Shown one piece after another: positions 29,930-45,817 of a stretch of 64,000 nucleotides of DNA. The DNA is from the human T2T-CHM13v2.0 reference genome, Homo sapiens: the NCBI RefSeq assembly GCF_009914755.1, contig NC_060934.1. One strand, 5' to 3'. The translations under genes and the position numbers were made by a program. The notes under the pieces were generated by a model. It made no database searches. It had not been told where the DNA came from and was given only the letters and a program-made list of their open reading frames with translations. Position 1 is the first letter of the stretch. Each line of letters begins with the position of its first letter.

Positions 29930-30578
29930 CAGAGCCAAAGAATATTTCACATGAACAGTGATGTGGAGAATTCCTGTTCTGTTTTGCTCCTGGAAAAACC
30001 TGCAAAGAACCATGCCCTAAGCACACATTCATGTCTGCAGGAGGCCCCATAACTCCTCACAGAAGGAGAGAGCAGTGTTTCAGCTTGGGTACCTGCATAA
30101 GGCCATGCTCTGTTGGAAGCTGGTTAAAAAATATTTGTGAGCACTGTTTTCCTTAGTGTTTACAGCTTAATGAAAAGCTGATATTTTAAAGGTGCTGTAT
30201 GAGGCCAGTCATGGTCCTCGAATGGGTTCTTTATGAAACAGCCCAAAATGAGTTTTGGGCTCTCTGGAGACTTTTTTGATAGAGACCAAATGTCACAGTT
30301 CCTGACTTGGCCACATTTGCTTGAGGAGACTGTCTTGTTTGTCCTGCTCAGTAATTGTGAGGCAGAGCTTCCTGAGATACCAGCCAGGTCCACAAAGGGT
30401 TTATGTGCAGGCTGCCATGTCTGCTACCCTCACAATGTGTTTTGAATCTGTCTTCTGGCTCCAGGTGACCTGCTGACCCGTGTTCCTACAAGACACTCTA
30501 CTCAAAGTCCTTGTCTTTAAAGCTAACCTGTGTCTCTGTCACGATCTTGGAAACAACATTGTGGGGCATTTCCAAATA

Positions 30579-31324
<746 letters not shown>

Positions 31325-31479
31325 CAGAGTGTTTTCAGTATTCTTTGCCACTTGTATCATACACTGCAGAGTTTATAAAGTAATGAAAGATTGCTAGTTT
31401 GAACATCGGCATGTCTAGCTCCTTACATTTCAAATATCCTTACATTTCATAGGTAGCTGCTGCACTCCAGAGCCAGGTA

Positions 31480-32430
31480 GATCAAGCAGATTTTTCACAA
31501 ATGTCTCAAACTCATCAAGTTCAAAAAGGAAATCACCCTTACCCTACTGGTTTGCAATCAGTGTTAATTACTTCAGTTCTCCTCTCATTCTTCCAATCAC
31601 CCAAGTCAGAAAGGCCTCAGTATTGCCCTCTTTCTCTCCTTGACACCCATACCCAGTCAGCCACCAAGTGCTGTTATTTTTCCTAAGCCATTCATCCTCT
31701 TCTCTCCATCCCCTTTGCCATCCCCTAGTCTGGGATGTCTTCATCTCTAGCCTTAACTATTGCCATAGCTTTCCAGTATTTGGACTGGCTTCCCTCTAGA
31801 TCTTTTTACTTACTGTAGCCAGGGTAATTTCTTGCTAAAAGACAAATGGGATGCTGTGACACGTGTTCGCTGGGTGCCCCTTCCCTCAACCTAGAGTGTG
31901 GTTGAGTTAGCAAGCAAGGCCCTCCGTAATCTGGTGCCACAGCTCCCAGATCTCTCAAAACACTCCCAACCTTTTTCTCAACTCTCCACCCACTCCCTGC
32001 CATGCAGGCTGTGAAGGCACCTGGCTTTCTTCCACTTCCAGACCTCTGGTCGTGCTCTTCCCTCTACCTTACAGGCCCTTCCCTGCACCTCCTTTGTCTG
32101 ACATTAGCCCTACTCACTCCTGTCACCTCCTGAGCTCAGGTCCCCTCTTAGATGTACCCACACAGGAAGCCTCCACGGACCACTGCCACCCCTAGGTGGG
32201 ACGAGGTGCCCCTCCTCCCTGCATATCCTGCATGCTCTGCCCGCCCTGTCTGGCCCTTCCTCTGTCCTGGGAGTGCCTCTTTATTTGCCTGTTGTCCTAG
32301 TGGGGCCATGAGCTCCTTGGGGCAGGAGCTTTGTCCTGTTCATTTGTGTCCTTAGAGCCTTGCAGAGTCCCTGGTTGTGGTGGCCTTGCAGGAAAGAAAT
32401 AGAGAGGGTCTCAAACTCCATGAATGTCTG
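31480..32430 (+). mobile_element. L2 fragments
   Basis: Contains tctcaaactcatcaagttcaaaa, cccagtcagccaccaagtgctg and tgagctccttggggcaggagctttgtc. Confidence 0.6.
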
Positions 32431-33019
32431 CTGGGTCCTAGTGTGAGGACAGATGATGAGACAGAGAGGGGACACCCTCTTAGAGGACTTTCAGCCATTG
32501 TAAGGGAGGCTCAACCCACAGGTCCAGATGAAGACACCCCCTAGGAGGGCTGGGGGATGAGGCCTCTTCAGCAGGAGTAAGGATCTTCTTTCAACACATC
32601 ATCTTTTAGGAGGAGAAGTCAGGGTGAAGTGTGGGGCTCCTGGAGCCCTGCGAGGCAGTGGTCAGTGCTGGGCTTTCGGAAGTTTCTCAGGCAGCAGCAT
32701 CAGGAATGAGGTCAAGCAAAGAGAGGCTCGGGGGGAGGTTATGTCAGGGGAGGCTGGGTGGGGAGGCTCAGGGGGAGGCTGAATGTGGGGGGAGCTGCCC
32801 CTTGAGAGGCAGAGGCAGGGGGGCCACGATGATGCAGCCACAGGCCCAGGAGGAGGATCAGTGAGAGCAGCTGGCACTGGAAGGGCAGCTTCCCCTGAAG
32901 CAGAGAGGAGATGTGCTGCCAGGGAACCCCCAACTTCCTACCTCATTCCTCTAGTTAATGGGTTGCACCTGCTTAGGAATGGCAGGCACCTTCTGAGGGG
33001 TATCGGAGAGGCATTCAGC

Positions 33020-33778
33020 TGTTACTAACACCAGGGGTTCAGTCTAGGTCCCATTGCTTGCTGCACAGAAAACCAATCGTGGAGACAATGAGTACTGCCA
33101 CGGATGAAGGCTTTTTCCGGTGACAACAGCCAGAGAGATGGGAGCCAAACCTCAAATCCCTCCCTCCCTGCAGATGGAAGTTAAGGGTTTATATAGCTGG
33201 GAAGGACAACAAGAAGGGTGAGGAAGAGGAGGTGTTCATCAGGCAGCAGGTGGTCAAGTGAGGGGTCTCATCATAACCACATGCGGGAAAACAGGCATTA
33301 GGGATGGTATCTGTTCTCACGCTGCTGATAAAGACATACCTGAGACTGGGTAATTTATACAGAAAAAGAGGTTTAATGGACTCAGTTCCACATGGCTGGG
33401 GAGGCCTCACAATCACGCTGGAAGGCAAGGAGGAGCAAGTCATGTCTCACATGGATAGTGGCAGGCAAAGAGAGAGAGCTTGTGCAGGGAAACTCGTGCT
33501 TATAAAACCATCAGATCTCATGAGACTTATTCACTCTCATGAGAACAGCATGGGAAAGACCTGCCCCCATGATTCAATTACCTCCTACTGGATCCCTCCC
33601 ATAACTAATGGGAATTTAAGATGAGATTTGGGTGGGGACACAGCCAAACCATGTCAGACGGGTAAGGAAGAGGAATGGCCAATAAGCAGCAGCAGGTGCA
33701 TCTCATTGTACAAACATAAGTTTCTAAAGCTTCCGTTCTATAGGCATTCAGTTTGTTGGAAAATTGGGCTGTTTCACT
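33020..33778 (-). mobile_element. ERV1-class LTR (family uncertain), split by THE1
   Basis: tgttactaacaccaggggttcagtctaggtcc...gggtttatatagc...ctgtttca. Confidence 0.65.
33308..33656 (-). mobile_element. THE1B-like solo LTR
   Basis: gctgctgataaagacatacc...gcttgtgcagggaaactc...cagccaaaccatgtca. TSD GA(T/C)GG. Confidence 0.9.
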
Positions 33779-33899
33779 TTCAGCCCAAATACTAGGCCAG
33801 TAGACAAAACTGATTGTTCACAGAAGAGTGGAGAGGAAGTGAGTCCAGCAAGCCAGCACAGTGGAGGTGGCTTCCTTCTGCTTCCCCTCCTCTGCTCTC

Positions 33900-34261
33900 T
33901 CCCTTCTCTGTGTCCCAGGCTCCCTGGCCCATTGGAGGCTGAGGGTGGGAGGGAGGGAGAAGCCAGGACATTCTCTCTGCATCGGAAGGCCCCTTGGGCA
34001 GTGGCCTTGTCTCCTTCATGGCTCCAGCTCCGTGAGTGTTGCCTCTCCCTCTGTGGTCTCAGCTCCCCCAGGCCGGCCCATGGAGGTCCCAGCTTCCTTC
34101 CAATGGCCTGGCTCCTGGGCTCCTCTCGCCTCTCTAATCCTTAGCATCCCTGTTTGACCTCTCATCTCCTCCATCACTTCTGTGACCAATTCTCTGTACG
34201 TAGCTTCCCATTTTCAACTCTCTAGTGTGTTTTGTTTTCCTGATTGTACTCTGACTCATAC
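33900..34261 (+). mobile_element. Old ERVL LTR 3' part (LTR41/52-like)
   Basis: Terminus ctagtgtgttttgttttcctgattgtactctgactcatac. Confidence 0.45.
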
Positions 34262-34558
34262 GGGGCCTAGGAATAAACTCCCCAATGTAAGAAGGAAAAT
34301 ATAATATTCAAAAGGCAATGAGAACACACTTTTGTAAAAGATTTGTTGCATAAAAAAGAAGTCAATTTTAGACAGCATCTGCTATGGACTCTTACTAACA
34401 TTTAAGAAAACATGTGCTCTATGAAATAGGATTGAAATAAGTCACCAAACTGAGATTTAAAAAAATATATTAAATGGGACAAGGAAGGAATACTACAAAA
34501 TACAAGATGAAATAAAAGATTTCAATTAAGATCTCAGAAAACCACGTTAGTAATATAG

Positions 34559-35049
<491 letters not shown>

Positions 35050-35299
35050 GAAAACTACGCTAGTAATATGGAAGACAGCTTAAGAAGATTTTCCAGAATG
35101 AAGAGAAAAGGGAAAAAAATAGTCTGAGAGAAGATCATCTTAGAGGTCATCTTTGTAAACTTAGAAAACAGTTCTATATTTTGATAAATGAAATGTGGAA
35201 GATTTTATTATGAAGCCGAGGGAACTTTGTTTAAGGAAAAATCAGTTGAATTTTAAGCAAAAAAGTATAAATATGTGTCATAGTTTGTATCAGAAATTC

Positions 35300-35495
35300 T
35301 GAAAACCAGTTGTGACTCAGATTCACCTGAGAAACTGTTCAACAAACAAACAAACAAACAAACAAACAAACATTTCCTCAGTCTTATCCTCAGAGATTTT
35401 ATTGAGTAGGTCTGGGACAGGAAATGAGAATTTATGTTTTAAACAATTATCTCAGTTCATTTTGACAAAGGTGATCGGGACCAGGGTTTTAGAAC
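35300..35495. mobile_element. MER5A-like hAT MITE
   Basis: Contains tcagattcacctgagaaactgtt...ttgagtaggtctggga...gaatttatgttttaaacaa. Confidence 0.55.
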
Positions 35496-35527
35496 TTCTG
35501 GTTTTTAACAGCAAAGTTAAAGTACTA

Positions 35528-35540
35528 CGCCACCTGGTGG
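35528..35540 (-). promoter_or_regulatory. CTCF core motif CCACCAGGTGGCG
   Basis: cgccacctggtgg on + strand is an exact match to the canonical core, in sequence with no recognisable repeat. Confidence 0.7.
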
Positions 35541-35556
35541 CAGCATACCCAACTTG

Positions 35557-35560
<4 letters not shown>

Positions 35561-35636
<76 letters not shown>

Positions 35637-35655
35637 AAGAGAGAAGAGAGAGAGA
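35561..35655. repeat. Compound microsatellite (GT)30(GA)n
   Basis: Read directly. Confidence 0.97.
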
Positions 35656-35866
35656 CGGGTGGGTTTACTGGCTACAACAGTAGATGATTTCTTTTAACTG
35701 AGTTAATTCTCTTGAGCGAAAATTAATAACTGACTGCAAATGTTTTGGAAAGGAAGATGGAGACCATTAAGTGAATTGAGCAGGAAAAGGCCAAAGAAAT
35801 ACCAACTTCCAACACGAAATAAGACCAAGACACTAAAGTTAGCATTAGAAGGAGATTCTCCTTTTT

Positions 35867-36011
35867 CATTCTCGAGTTACCTCACTTAGAATAATAGTCT
35901 CCAATCTCATCCAGGTCACTGCACAAATCATCCGGAAGAACTTAATCATGTCACCAAACACCACCTGTTCCTCAATAACCTATGGAAATAAAAAGTTAAA
36001 AATGAGGGGAG
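35867..36011 (+). mobile_element. Mini L1PB-like insertion with 5' inversion
   Basis: An antisense L1 piece is joined to a sense L1PB 3' terminus. TSD GGAGATTCT(C/T)CTTTTT. Confidence 0.78.
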
Positions 36012-37368
36012 GGAGATTCTTCTTTTTGAGAGAAACTCCAAGTCTGTTCTTACCACAGTCTCTCCTCTGTGGGGTCATACTGGTGGCCTCAAGGACACAT
36101 TCATCCTAAGACATTCAGACCTAAACCCCGGCAAAGAAATTTTGTCGACTCGGTGAAGAAAATTATTTAATCATGGATGGACATAACCAGAGGGGAATAA
36201 ATTCTGAAAATATTGAAAATATAGGTGGTCTGCCTTGCAAGGTAGAGCTTGCAGTACAAAGGTCACAGCTCCAGGTGGGACTCAGGTAGCAAATCTAGCC
36301 TTGTTTTGCAACTTCGTTTTCTAGGTGTCGGTTTGAAAATGCCATATTTCACATCCGCTGTTCAAGGGTGATCCCCCAGGCATTAGACTCTGTGATGTCT
36401 GACCAAGAAAAGCAGAGACCTCCTTCATGCCTACCTGGGTCCCCACTCTGGGTTCCAATCTCCTTTTTGAGCTTTGAACTTCTCTCCTAAAGAAGTTGGT
36501 CCAGGAATCAATCACGGTCTTTCCAGAGAGACTGCCTACCGTTGGGAGATGCAATCTGACCCTTGTAGCTTCAACAGTGAAACCGTATTGAAACATGACA
36601 CAATGCTGTTTTCATTCTGCAGGTTACCCAAATACAGTAGAGAGGAGTTGCCATAAGAAGGTTTTTACACCTGGGCTCCTGGTTTTGCTTTTTTGAGCTT
36701 TTTGTTTGTTTTTAGTACAAGAGCTGTGACTTCAACTTGGAGACAAACGATCAAGAAGCTACATAAAGAGGAAAAGGGAGAGAGAGAAAGGGAAGATACA
36801 GGGTGGGGAAAAAAGATTTAAAAGGTAGTAAGAAAGTAAAACAGGCGTGGGGGCCGGGGTGGAGATGAAATGTGCCTGTGTAGCTTATTTCTGGGAAAAC
36901 AATGGCAGAAAGGAAAGTGAAATGTAATTCCAGAGACTTTAGTGCTGGACACTTTCATCTAACAGCGCAGTGCAGGAAACAGCCAGCCAGCATCTTTCTG
37001 GTTTTAATGTGATCAGGAGCCTTCCCTCTGGGATGAGATGCTAAATCCACTGGCTCTTTTCTGAAAGGCCTTAATGAGCCAGCTTAAAGCTGAGGTTGTT
37101 TCTCCATTGGTCAATGGCAAAAGTATGGAAAATTCCAGACAGTGGATAAACAAAAACCTCCCAATGTATTTGGCTTTGGATTGCATGATATACGATGGCC
37201 GGGTTTTCGGTAGCAAATTTCCTTCCTAATGATGTTTTTCTTAGGCTAATAAGCAGTACCCCTCTATGCTCCTGCCTGGCCCTGGCTGCTCAGCCCACTC
37301 TGCCTCCTAACCTCGGCTACTTTGTTTCTCTCCACCTTCACCTGCTCGTGCGAAAGTTCCTCTGATAA

Positions 37369-37671
<303 letters not shown>

Positions 37672-37843
37672 TCCTCTGATAATTCTTAGCGAATTTGAGC
37701 AGATGCATGCAATTACATTCCACTTCTCCAGAGTTCCTGGAGCTCAGCACTGGAGCCTGGAATGATTCGTCATGACTAGGTAATATCACTCATATTTAGT
37801 AACTATATTGGCATGCGAGTTTCCTCTTGCTATACTAGTGTAA

Positions 37844-38440
<597 letters not shown>

Positions 38441-38895
38441 CCTGATCTTTCCTTTAAACACTACTTAAGGTTTCTCCACTTTTGTGGATTGGTGCCATGA
38501 GCTACTCCTGCCCGTCCCTGCCTTCACCAGGGTCCTTTACCTGCCTCCTACTTCTGGTGGTGAAGCTAAAGCAAACTGTTCTACCTGGTTTGAGGGCTTT
38601 AGGGCTGGGCCGGGGTCAAAGTGGTCACCAGCCCAATTGGTGGTTTGGCATGCTGGTTCCAGAGATTTGGCCTGTTTCCCGCACAGGCAGTGGGGCCCAG
38701 GCTGTGGCCGACCACGTAGTCCAAGTGCTGTTTTGTTTCTCAGGAAGGTCTGCAGAGTGGGAGGAGCTGTGGGTTCTGCCCAGAAGGACTTTGTGGCAGC
38801 ACAGAAGTGGTGAGTGTGCTTTGTTAAATCTCAGCAGGTGTTAGTTGGAATTGTCACACTCTGCTTGGCACCACTCAGACTCAGAAGTGAGACAG

Positions 38896-39197
38896 GGTCC
38901 GGGCACAGTGGCTCACGCCTGTAATCCTGGCACTTTGGGAAGCTGAGACAGGAGGATCACTTGATCCCAGGAGTTCGAGACCAGCCTGGGCAACACGACA
39001 AGACTCTATCTCTACAAAAAAATATTGAAAAATTAGCCAAGCATGGTGGTGCGTGCATGTAGTCCTAGCTACTTGGGAAGCTGACGTGAGAGGATCGGTT
39101 GAGCCTGAGAGGTCGAGGCTGCAGCGAGCTGTGACGGCACCACCGCCCTCCAGCTGGGGCGACAGAGTGAGAATCTGTCTCTAAAGAAAAAAAAAAA
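38896..39197 (+). mobile_element. AluJ
   Basis: TSD AG(A/C)AGTGAG(A/G)CAG. Confidence 0.9.
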
Positions 39198-39499
39198 GCA
39201 GTGAGGCAGCGGAGGAGGATCTGAGAACAATGGAGGAACAAGTCAGAGGAACTTGGGGTGAGACTGTTCAGGGAGGGAGCAAAGGAGGAGAGAGGAATGG
39301 AGCAACTTCAGAGAGTGAAGAAGATAATGAGCTGGACTGTGATCCCCTGAGGGAGAGTCAAGGGCCTCAGCATTCTGAACGAATGGGATCCCACAGCAGG
39401 GCCCCAGGATGTGCATTTACTCACTGTATCCCAGAAGGTAAGTCTGGAGGAATCATAAGTCCTAAAGTTACTTCTTGACAATTTTTTTCAAAGTAATAC

Positions 39500-40176
<677 letters not shown>

Positions 40177-43100
40177 TGACATCTTTTTTTAAACCACTGG
40201 ATTTCCCCTACTTTGGATATCTTTGCAAAAACTCAGAAAACCTGATAAGATGCATGAAGCTATGAATGTAATTGAAGCATTTGTTTTGAGACCAAATGGC
40301 TGGTGAAGGAGCAGACCCCTCAGCAGCTCAGGCTGGGGTAGAAAAAAGCTGCTGCCTTAACAGATCCATTAACAGATCCATTCTTGGTTTCCAAGGAGGT
40401 CTCTGCCCACTCAGCAATTGACCACATTTGACCTTTTGAGCTTGGGCAAACTTGGAAGAATGCGCTGGCAGGGAGTTAACTATATGGAGAAAGATGACTC
40501 AGGATCCATTTTCATCCTTGCCTACCATACCTTAAAGGAAAAGAAATTTTCCTAATTGTGGTTATTTACAGCAGTGTAAATCAAGCAAATGCCATGAAGT
40601 GCCAATATAAATTTTTTAAAAATCAGCCTTAAATAGCTAAACTCTCAACAGCAGCTCATAAAGTGAGGCTTGGCAGTTGTTAGGTAGTTATGGTTAAATT
40701 GACAGTCCTTTGGGGAATTAAGATATCCAAAAAGCAGAGGTAGTTAAGACTATAATGATAAATGGTTGGGCTTGTTGGTTGAAGAGATTTTATAGCACAC
40801 ATTTAAGCTGAACGCCTGTGAGAAAGTGAACCGGAAATAGAGGTTATCACTTCTTCATAGCTACTCCATTCATTATTGACCTCAGGGGGGTATTGCGACA
40901 TACTAGGAAAGTCAAGACTGAGGCTATGTGAAGAAAGAAATCATTTGTAGGTAACATGATAGTGTCAGGCAAAAAAAAAAAAAAAAAAGAAGTGTTAAGA
41001 ATTGTACAAATCTAGCAAAGAAAGTAAAAAAAAAAATCAGAACAGGCATTTTTAAGACCACAATAAAGAAAAATAGTAAGAATATAATTTGCCCCAAGAC
41101 TTCTGGTAGAAGATGATAGTGTAAAGTTATACTTACCTTATGCCCTTTGCTAGAGCCTTCCACAAGCACAAGAAGAAGAAAAACAGAGGGCAAAGTTCCA
41201 TCTTTGATGAAATTTAGTTTAGACCCAACTACAGCATACGAAGAGTATCTGCACTATGCGGTGAAACTTTGACTAACTTGAGAGAGAATATAAGAGTTGA
41301 CACATGCCTTTCTACATCTCAAGAAGAGTATAGATTGCTCTAAAAGTAAGTTAAACAAAATCCTAAAATATTCAACTAATAATCCGTGACTTAGAAAGAC
41401 AAGGACTTGAGTCATGGGTAGACCATAGGAAAAGGGATAAATCCTAATGGGAGTTTAGTTTCATAACATAGAATTGGAAGGAAAAGTGGGGCTGAAAGGC
41501 TTATTTTTTTCTATCCCCAAAATTGACTAGAAGCGAGGAAGGTTTGAAACAACAGAAAAAACAATAATCGGATTTGCAATTGCTGAACTGAGTCACCTGA
41601 ACAAAGAAATAATCTGTGAGAACTAACACACTTCACTGTAAGCCACTTTAATTCCTGCCTGGGAGATCTGCCCACCCTGGAGAGAGAAGGTCTATCCTCA
41701 TGTAGAGACAGAGAAGATTTACTAAGAAATATGAGCATGGTGTTGTTCTAAGATCTGCCATGGACACTGTGCCCTCCTCACCCCCACAACTATTTTTAAG
41801 CAAAGAGTATTAGTAAGTATAAAGGATGAAAAGTGAGACTTGAATGTTATTCTCAAAGAGGAGAAAAGCAAACATAACAAGGTGAAAGCAAATGAAGAAC
41901 CTGCATGAAGAGCAATTCTCCAAGGAAAGAAGAAAATTTCTGACAAATATTACTCTATATACTCCAAAAAGTTAAAGAGGAAATAGATTTTGAAAAGCAA
42001 GCTCAAAGAGGGGATGAAAGAGAAAACAAGCACGGAGGGGAGAATAACAACAGTGAGCTTCCTGAGGACAAGGAAGAAATGGAAGATAATAAACAAAGCC
42101 AAAGCAAAATCAAGAGACATGAAAATAATACCATGAAAACTTGATACTGCTAAAAATAAGTATGAGAGACCGAGGCAGGAGATTGATCGAGAATTGTACT
42201 GCACTTTTTTATTCACATTACTGAATACCCAACACTTTTAGCAAAGTGCCTGGCAAATGCACTTATGCGATAAGTAACAGTTGAATAAACTGTTAATACA
42301 GTTAAATACAGGAAATTGGCTATTTTGAGAAAAATAACAGAGAAAAGGAACTTAGGAAATAATTTAGATCGAACAATTTTTTCCTGAAATTTAGATATAA
42401 TGTTTTTTTTTCCAGATTTCAGTCTGTAAATCCATGACATATCCTGGTTAAGTGAGTAAACTTTAGGTATAAATAAGGAATTCTGTGTGCCCTCAGGCAA
42501 AGCAAAGACAAAAACAAAACCAAAGCCAAAACAATCCAGCAGACAATGTATCAGGCTGATGTCAGAATTTGCCACAGCAATATTCAATTAGTTGTGGAGC
42601 AATAAGAGTTCTGAAAGCAAAAGTAATAGCTCAGACTTCTATATCTAGTTAAGTTATCAGGAGTATATAAGGGAAAAGAAGACAGCTTCAAGCTGAGGGA
42701 ATACAACATCCCCATGATAAACTTTAAAAACAAAATTAATGATAACATCCATCTAATCAAAAGAAAAATCAAAATAGAGACCTCAAGAAGGGGAAGTAGC
42801 ATAGGGAAGTATTCCCAGTAAGCATCAAACCTATTTCAGTAACTGTAACAGTTATAGTTTCAGAGAATAATTTAAGTAGCATAAATACTGACAATGTAAA
42901 ATTAACAAGAAAGTGTTAAAAATGACATGTGAGAATGAGAAGAAGTATCAAAGTTCTAGTTACTTCACCTTTCATATTGAGGATTCAAGGTTTGTAGCTT
43001 AAGAAATTGAGATTGGAAAAATGGCCACCTTTGTGTGCCTCGACTGCCTTGCTTCTCAAACCCAACTCCAATTCAACTACCTCAGGGAAGCTGCTCTTGA

Positions 43101-43775
43101 AGTTGTTAGGCAGAGCCTGCAGAGTTGAACTAAGGACTTGGCTCTGCAAGGAAAGATGTAGGAGAGAGAAGAGGAGAAGAGGGAGGGAGGGACAGAGATC
43201 ATTTGTTAGTTTCCCTCTGTCAAGACTAGAACCTGGATTGCTATAGAGGAGAATCCCCAAATGGGCATCAAGTTGTAAGTTCTTAAAAAAAGAATGGCTT
43301 GTGAAAATACAGAGGCCTCTGAGAAGAAGGCGGCACTAGACCGTGTGAAGTCTTGACCCTCAAAGTGCTGTGGGATTGCTGAGTAATTGGCCAAGTTCTT
43401 CTTTCATTTGCGGTTATGCAGCATGGAGTGCAGAAGGGATATGTCTTGGTGCCTTAACAAGGGAGTACGGCTTGTCAGCTAGTCTATTTCCTGATCACAA
43501 GGGCTGAAAGTGTCTGCCCCATCCCTTAACTCATAGGATTTCCACTGCTTAAGGTGGATTTGGGTTTCAAATCGAAGAAAGTCTTGTGCATGCAATGAAA
43601 AATGTTGATTGAGCAGCCGAAGAGATAAATGAAACACAATATCCCAGATACGCAGTTTCTACTGAAATGGAACCTTTGGAGGTTCTATTACAACCTGACA
43701 ATAAATAATTAGTCAAACAAATGCATTTAAGGAGAATCAGTTGTAGCAAGATATTTTTCTGGAAGACATTTGCTA

Positions 43776-43824
<49 letters not shown>
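43776..43824. repeat. (CT)n(CA)n microsatellite
   Basis: Read directly. Confidence 0.95.
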
Positions 43825-43929
43825 TCTGACAAAGGATTCATATCCAGAATATATTAAAGAACACTTAAAAATTAGTAAGTAAAGAACAAACAAAAATCTT
43901 GAACAGTCACTGCTATAATATCCAAATAG

Positions 43930-44998
43930 TCAGTACTTATCAAAGAACACACATTGGGGAAAAGATAGTTATCCAGAATATATAAGTAACTCAAGCAACT
44001 CAACAGCCAAAAAAAAGAAATAAAATAAAATAATCTGATTTCAAAGGGGAAAAAATACTTTAAAAGACACTTCTCAAAAGAAAACCTAAACAGGGCCGAC
44101 AGGTATATAGAAAAATGCCCAACATCACTAATTATCAAGGAAATGCAAATCAAAACCACAATGAGATGCCACTTAACTCCAGTTAGAATGGCTATTATCA
44201 AAAACACAAAAGAAAACAAGTGTTGGTGAGGATGTAGAGACAAGGGACACTTACGCATTGTTGGTGAAATTATAAACTAGTACAGCTATTATGGAAAACA
44301 GGATGAAGCTTCCTCAGAAAATTAAAAACAGAACTACCGTGTGAACCAGCAATCCCACTGCCGAGTATATATCCAAGGGAAATAAAATCAGTATATCAAA
44401 AAGATAGCTGCACTTCCATGTTTATTGAACACTAGTTATAATAGCCAAGATATGGAATCAAACTGTGTCCAACAATGAGTGGATGGAGAAAGAAAATGTA
44501 ATATATATATACAATTCAGCCATAAAAAAGAATGAAATCCTGTCATTTGCTGCAACATAGATGAACCTGGAAGACGCCATATTAAGTGAAATAAGGCAGG
44601 CACAGAAAGACATGATTTCACTGATATATGACGTCCATTTAAAAAAATGTTGATATCTTAGAAGCAGAGAGTGGAACAGTAGTTACCAGAGACTGGAGAG
44701 GGAAGGGGGAAAGAAGGGGCTGGGCAGAGGTTGGTCACTGGGTACAAAGTGACAATTAGGAGGAATAAGTTCTGGTATTTGATTGCACAGGAGGGTAACC
44801 TGCTTAACAATAAGGTATTGTATGTTACAAAATAGCTAGAAGAGAGGCTTTTGAATGTTCTCCCCACAAAGAAATGATAAATGCATGAAGTGATGGATAC
44901 ACTACCCTGATCAGGTCATTCTACAACATATATACATTGAAACATCAAGTCGTACCCCATAAATATGTAAAATTATAATGTCTCAATTAAAAAAAAAC
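43930..44998 (+). mobile_element. L1MA-like 3' end
   Basis: ggaaatgcaaatcaaaaccacaatgagat...gggtacaaagtgacaattaggaggaataagttc...taccccataaatatgta followed by poly(A). Confidence 0.9.
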
Positions 44999-45002
44999 TT
45001 GA

Positions 45003-45263
45003 GGCTGGGCACAGTTGCTCACAGCTATAATCCAGTCACTTTGAGAGGCCAAGGCAGGTGGATTGCTTGAGACCACAAGTTCAAGACCAGCCTGGGTAAC
45101 ATGGCAAAAACCTGTCTCTACAAAAAATTAAAAAAATGTAGTCACAGCTATTTAAGAGGGTGATTGGGGAGGATCACCTGAGCTAGGGAGGTTGAGGCAG
45201 TGAGCTGTGACTGTGCCACTGCACTCCAGCATGGGCGACACAGTAAGACCCTGTCTCAAAGAC
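45003..45263 (+). mobile_element. AluJ
   Basis: TSD AAAAACTTGA. Confidence 0.88.
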
Positions 45264-45817
45264 AAAAACTTGAACAGGTACTGCCACAATATCCAAATAC
45301 GACATATTAAAATCACCAATTAAATATCAATTACATATTGATATTAAACAATATCAGTTTGTTCTTAATGTTAAATCATAAGATGCCTCTACAAATCTAC
45401 TATAAAAGCTAAAACATTAACATCTGAAAATACCAAAATTAGCAAGTCTATGGAGCAACTAGATCTCTCATACCCTGCTTTGGAGATGTAAACTGGTGTT
45501 ACCAGCATGGAAAAGTGTTTGATAATATCCACTACAACTGAACATAACTCAAAAAGTCTAGCTCCTGTCTACCAGAAATGCATACATAAATTTACCAAAA
45601 GAAACATATGAGAATGTTTATAGAAGTGTTATTCATCATAGCCCCCAAAATGGAAAACCCACATGTCCATCAACAGGAGGATGTATAAATAATCTGTTTT
45701 ATATTCACATAATGATGCAATTATATATAGCAATAAAGAAGAGTGAATGGATGCTACAAGAATGAATTCATGCAACAAGATGGTGGAATTTCACAAATAT
45801 AATATTGATCAAAAAGA

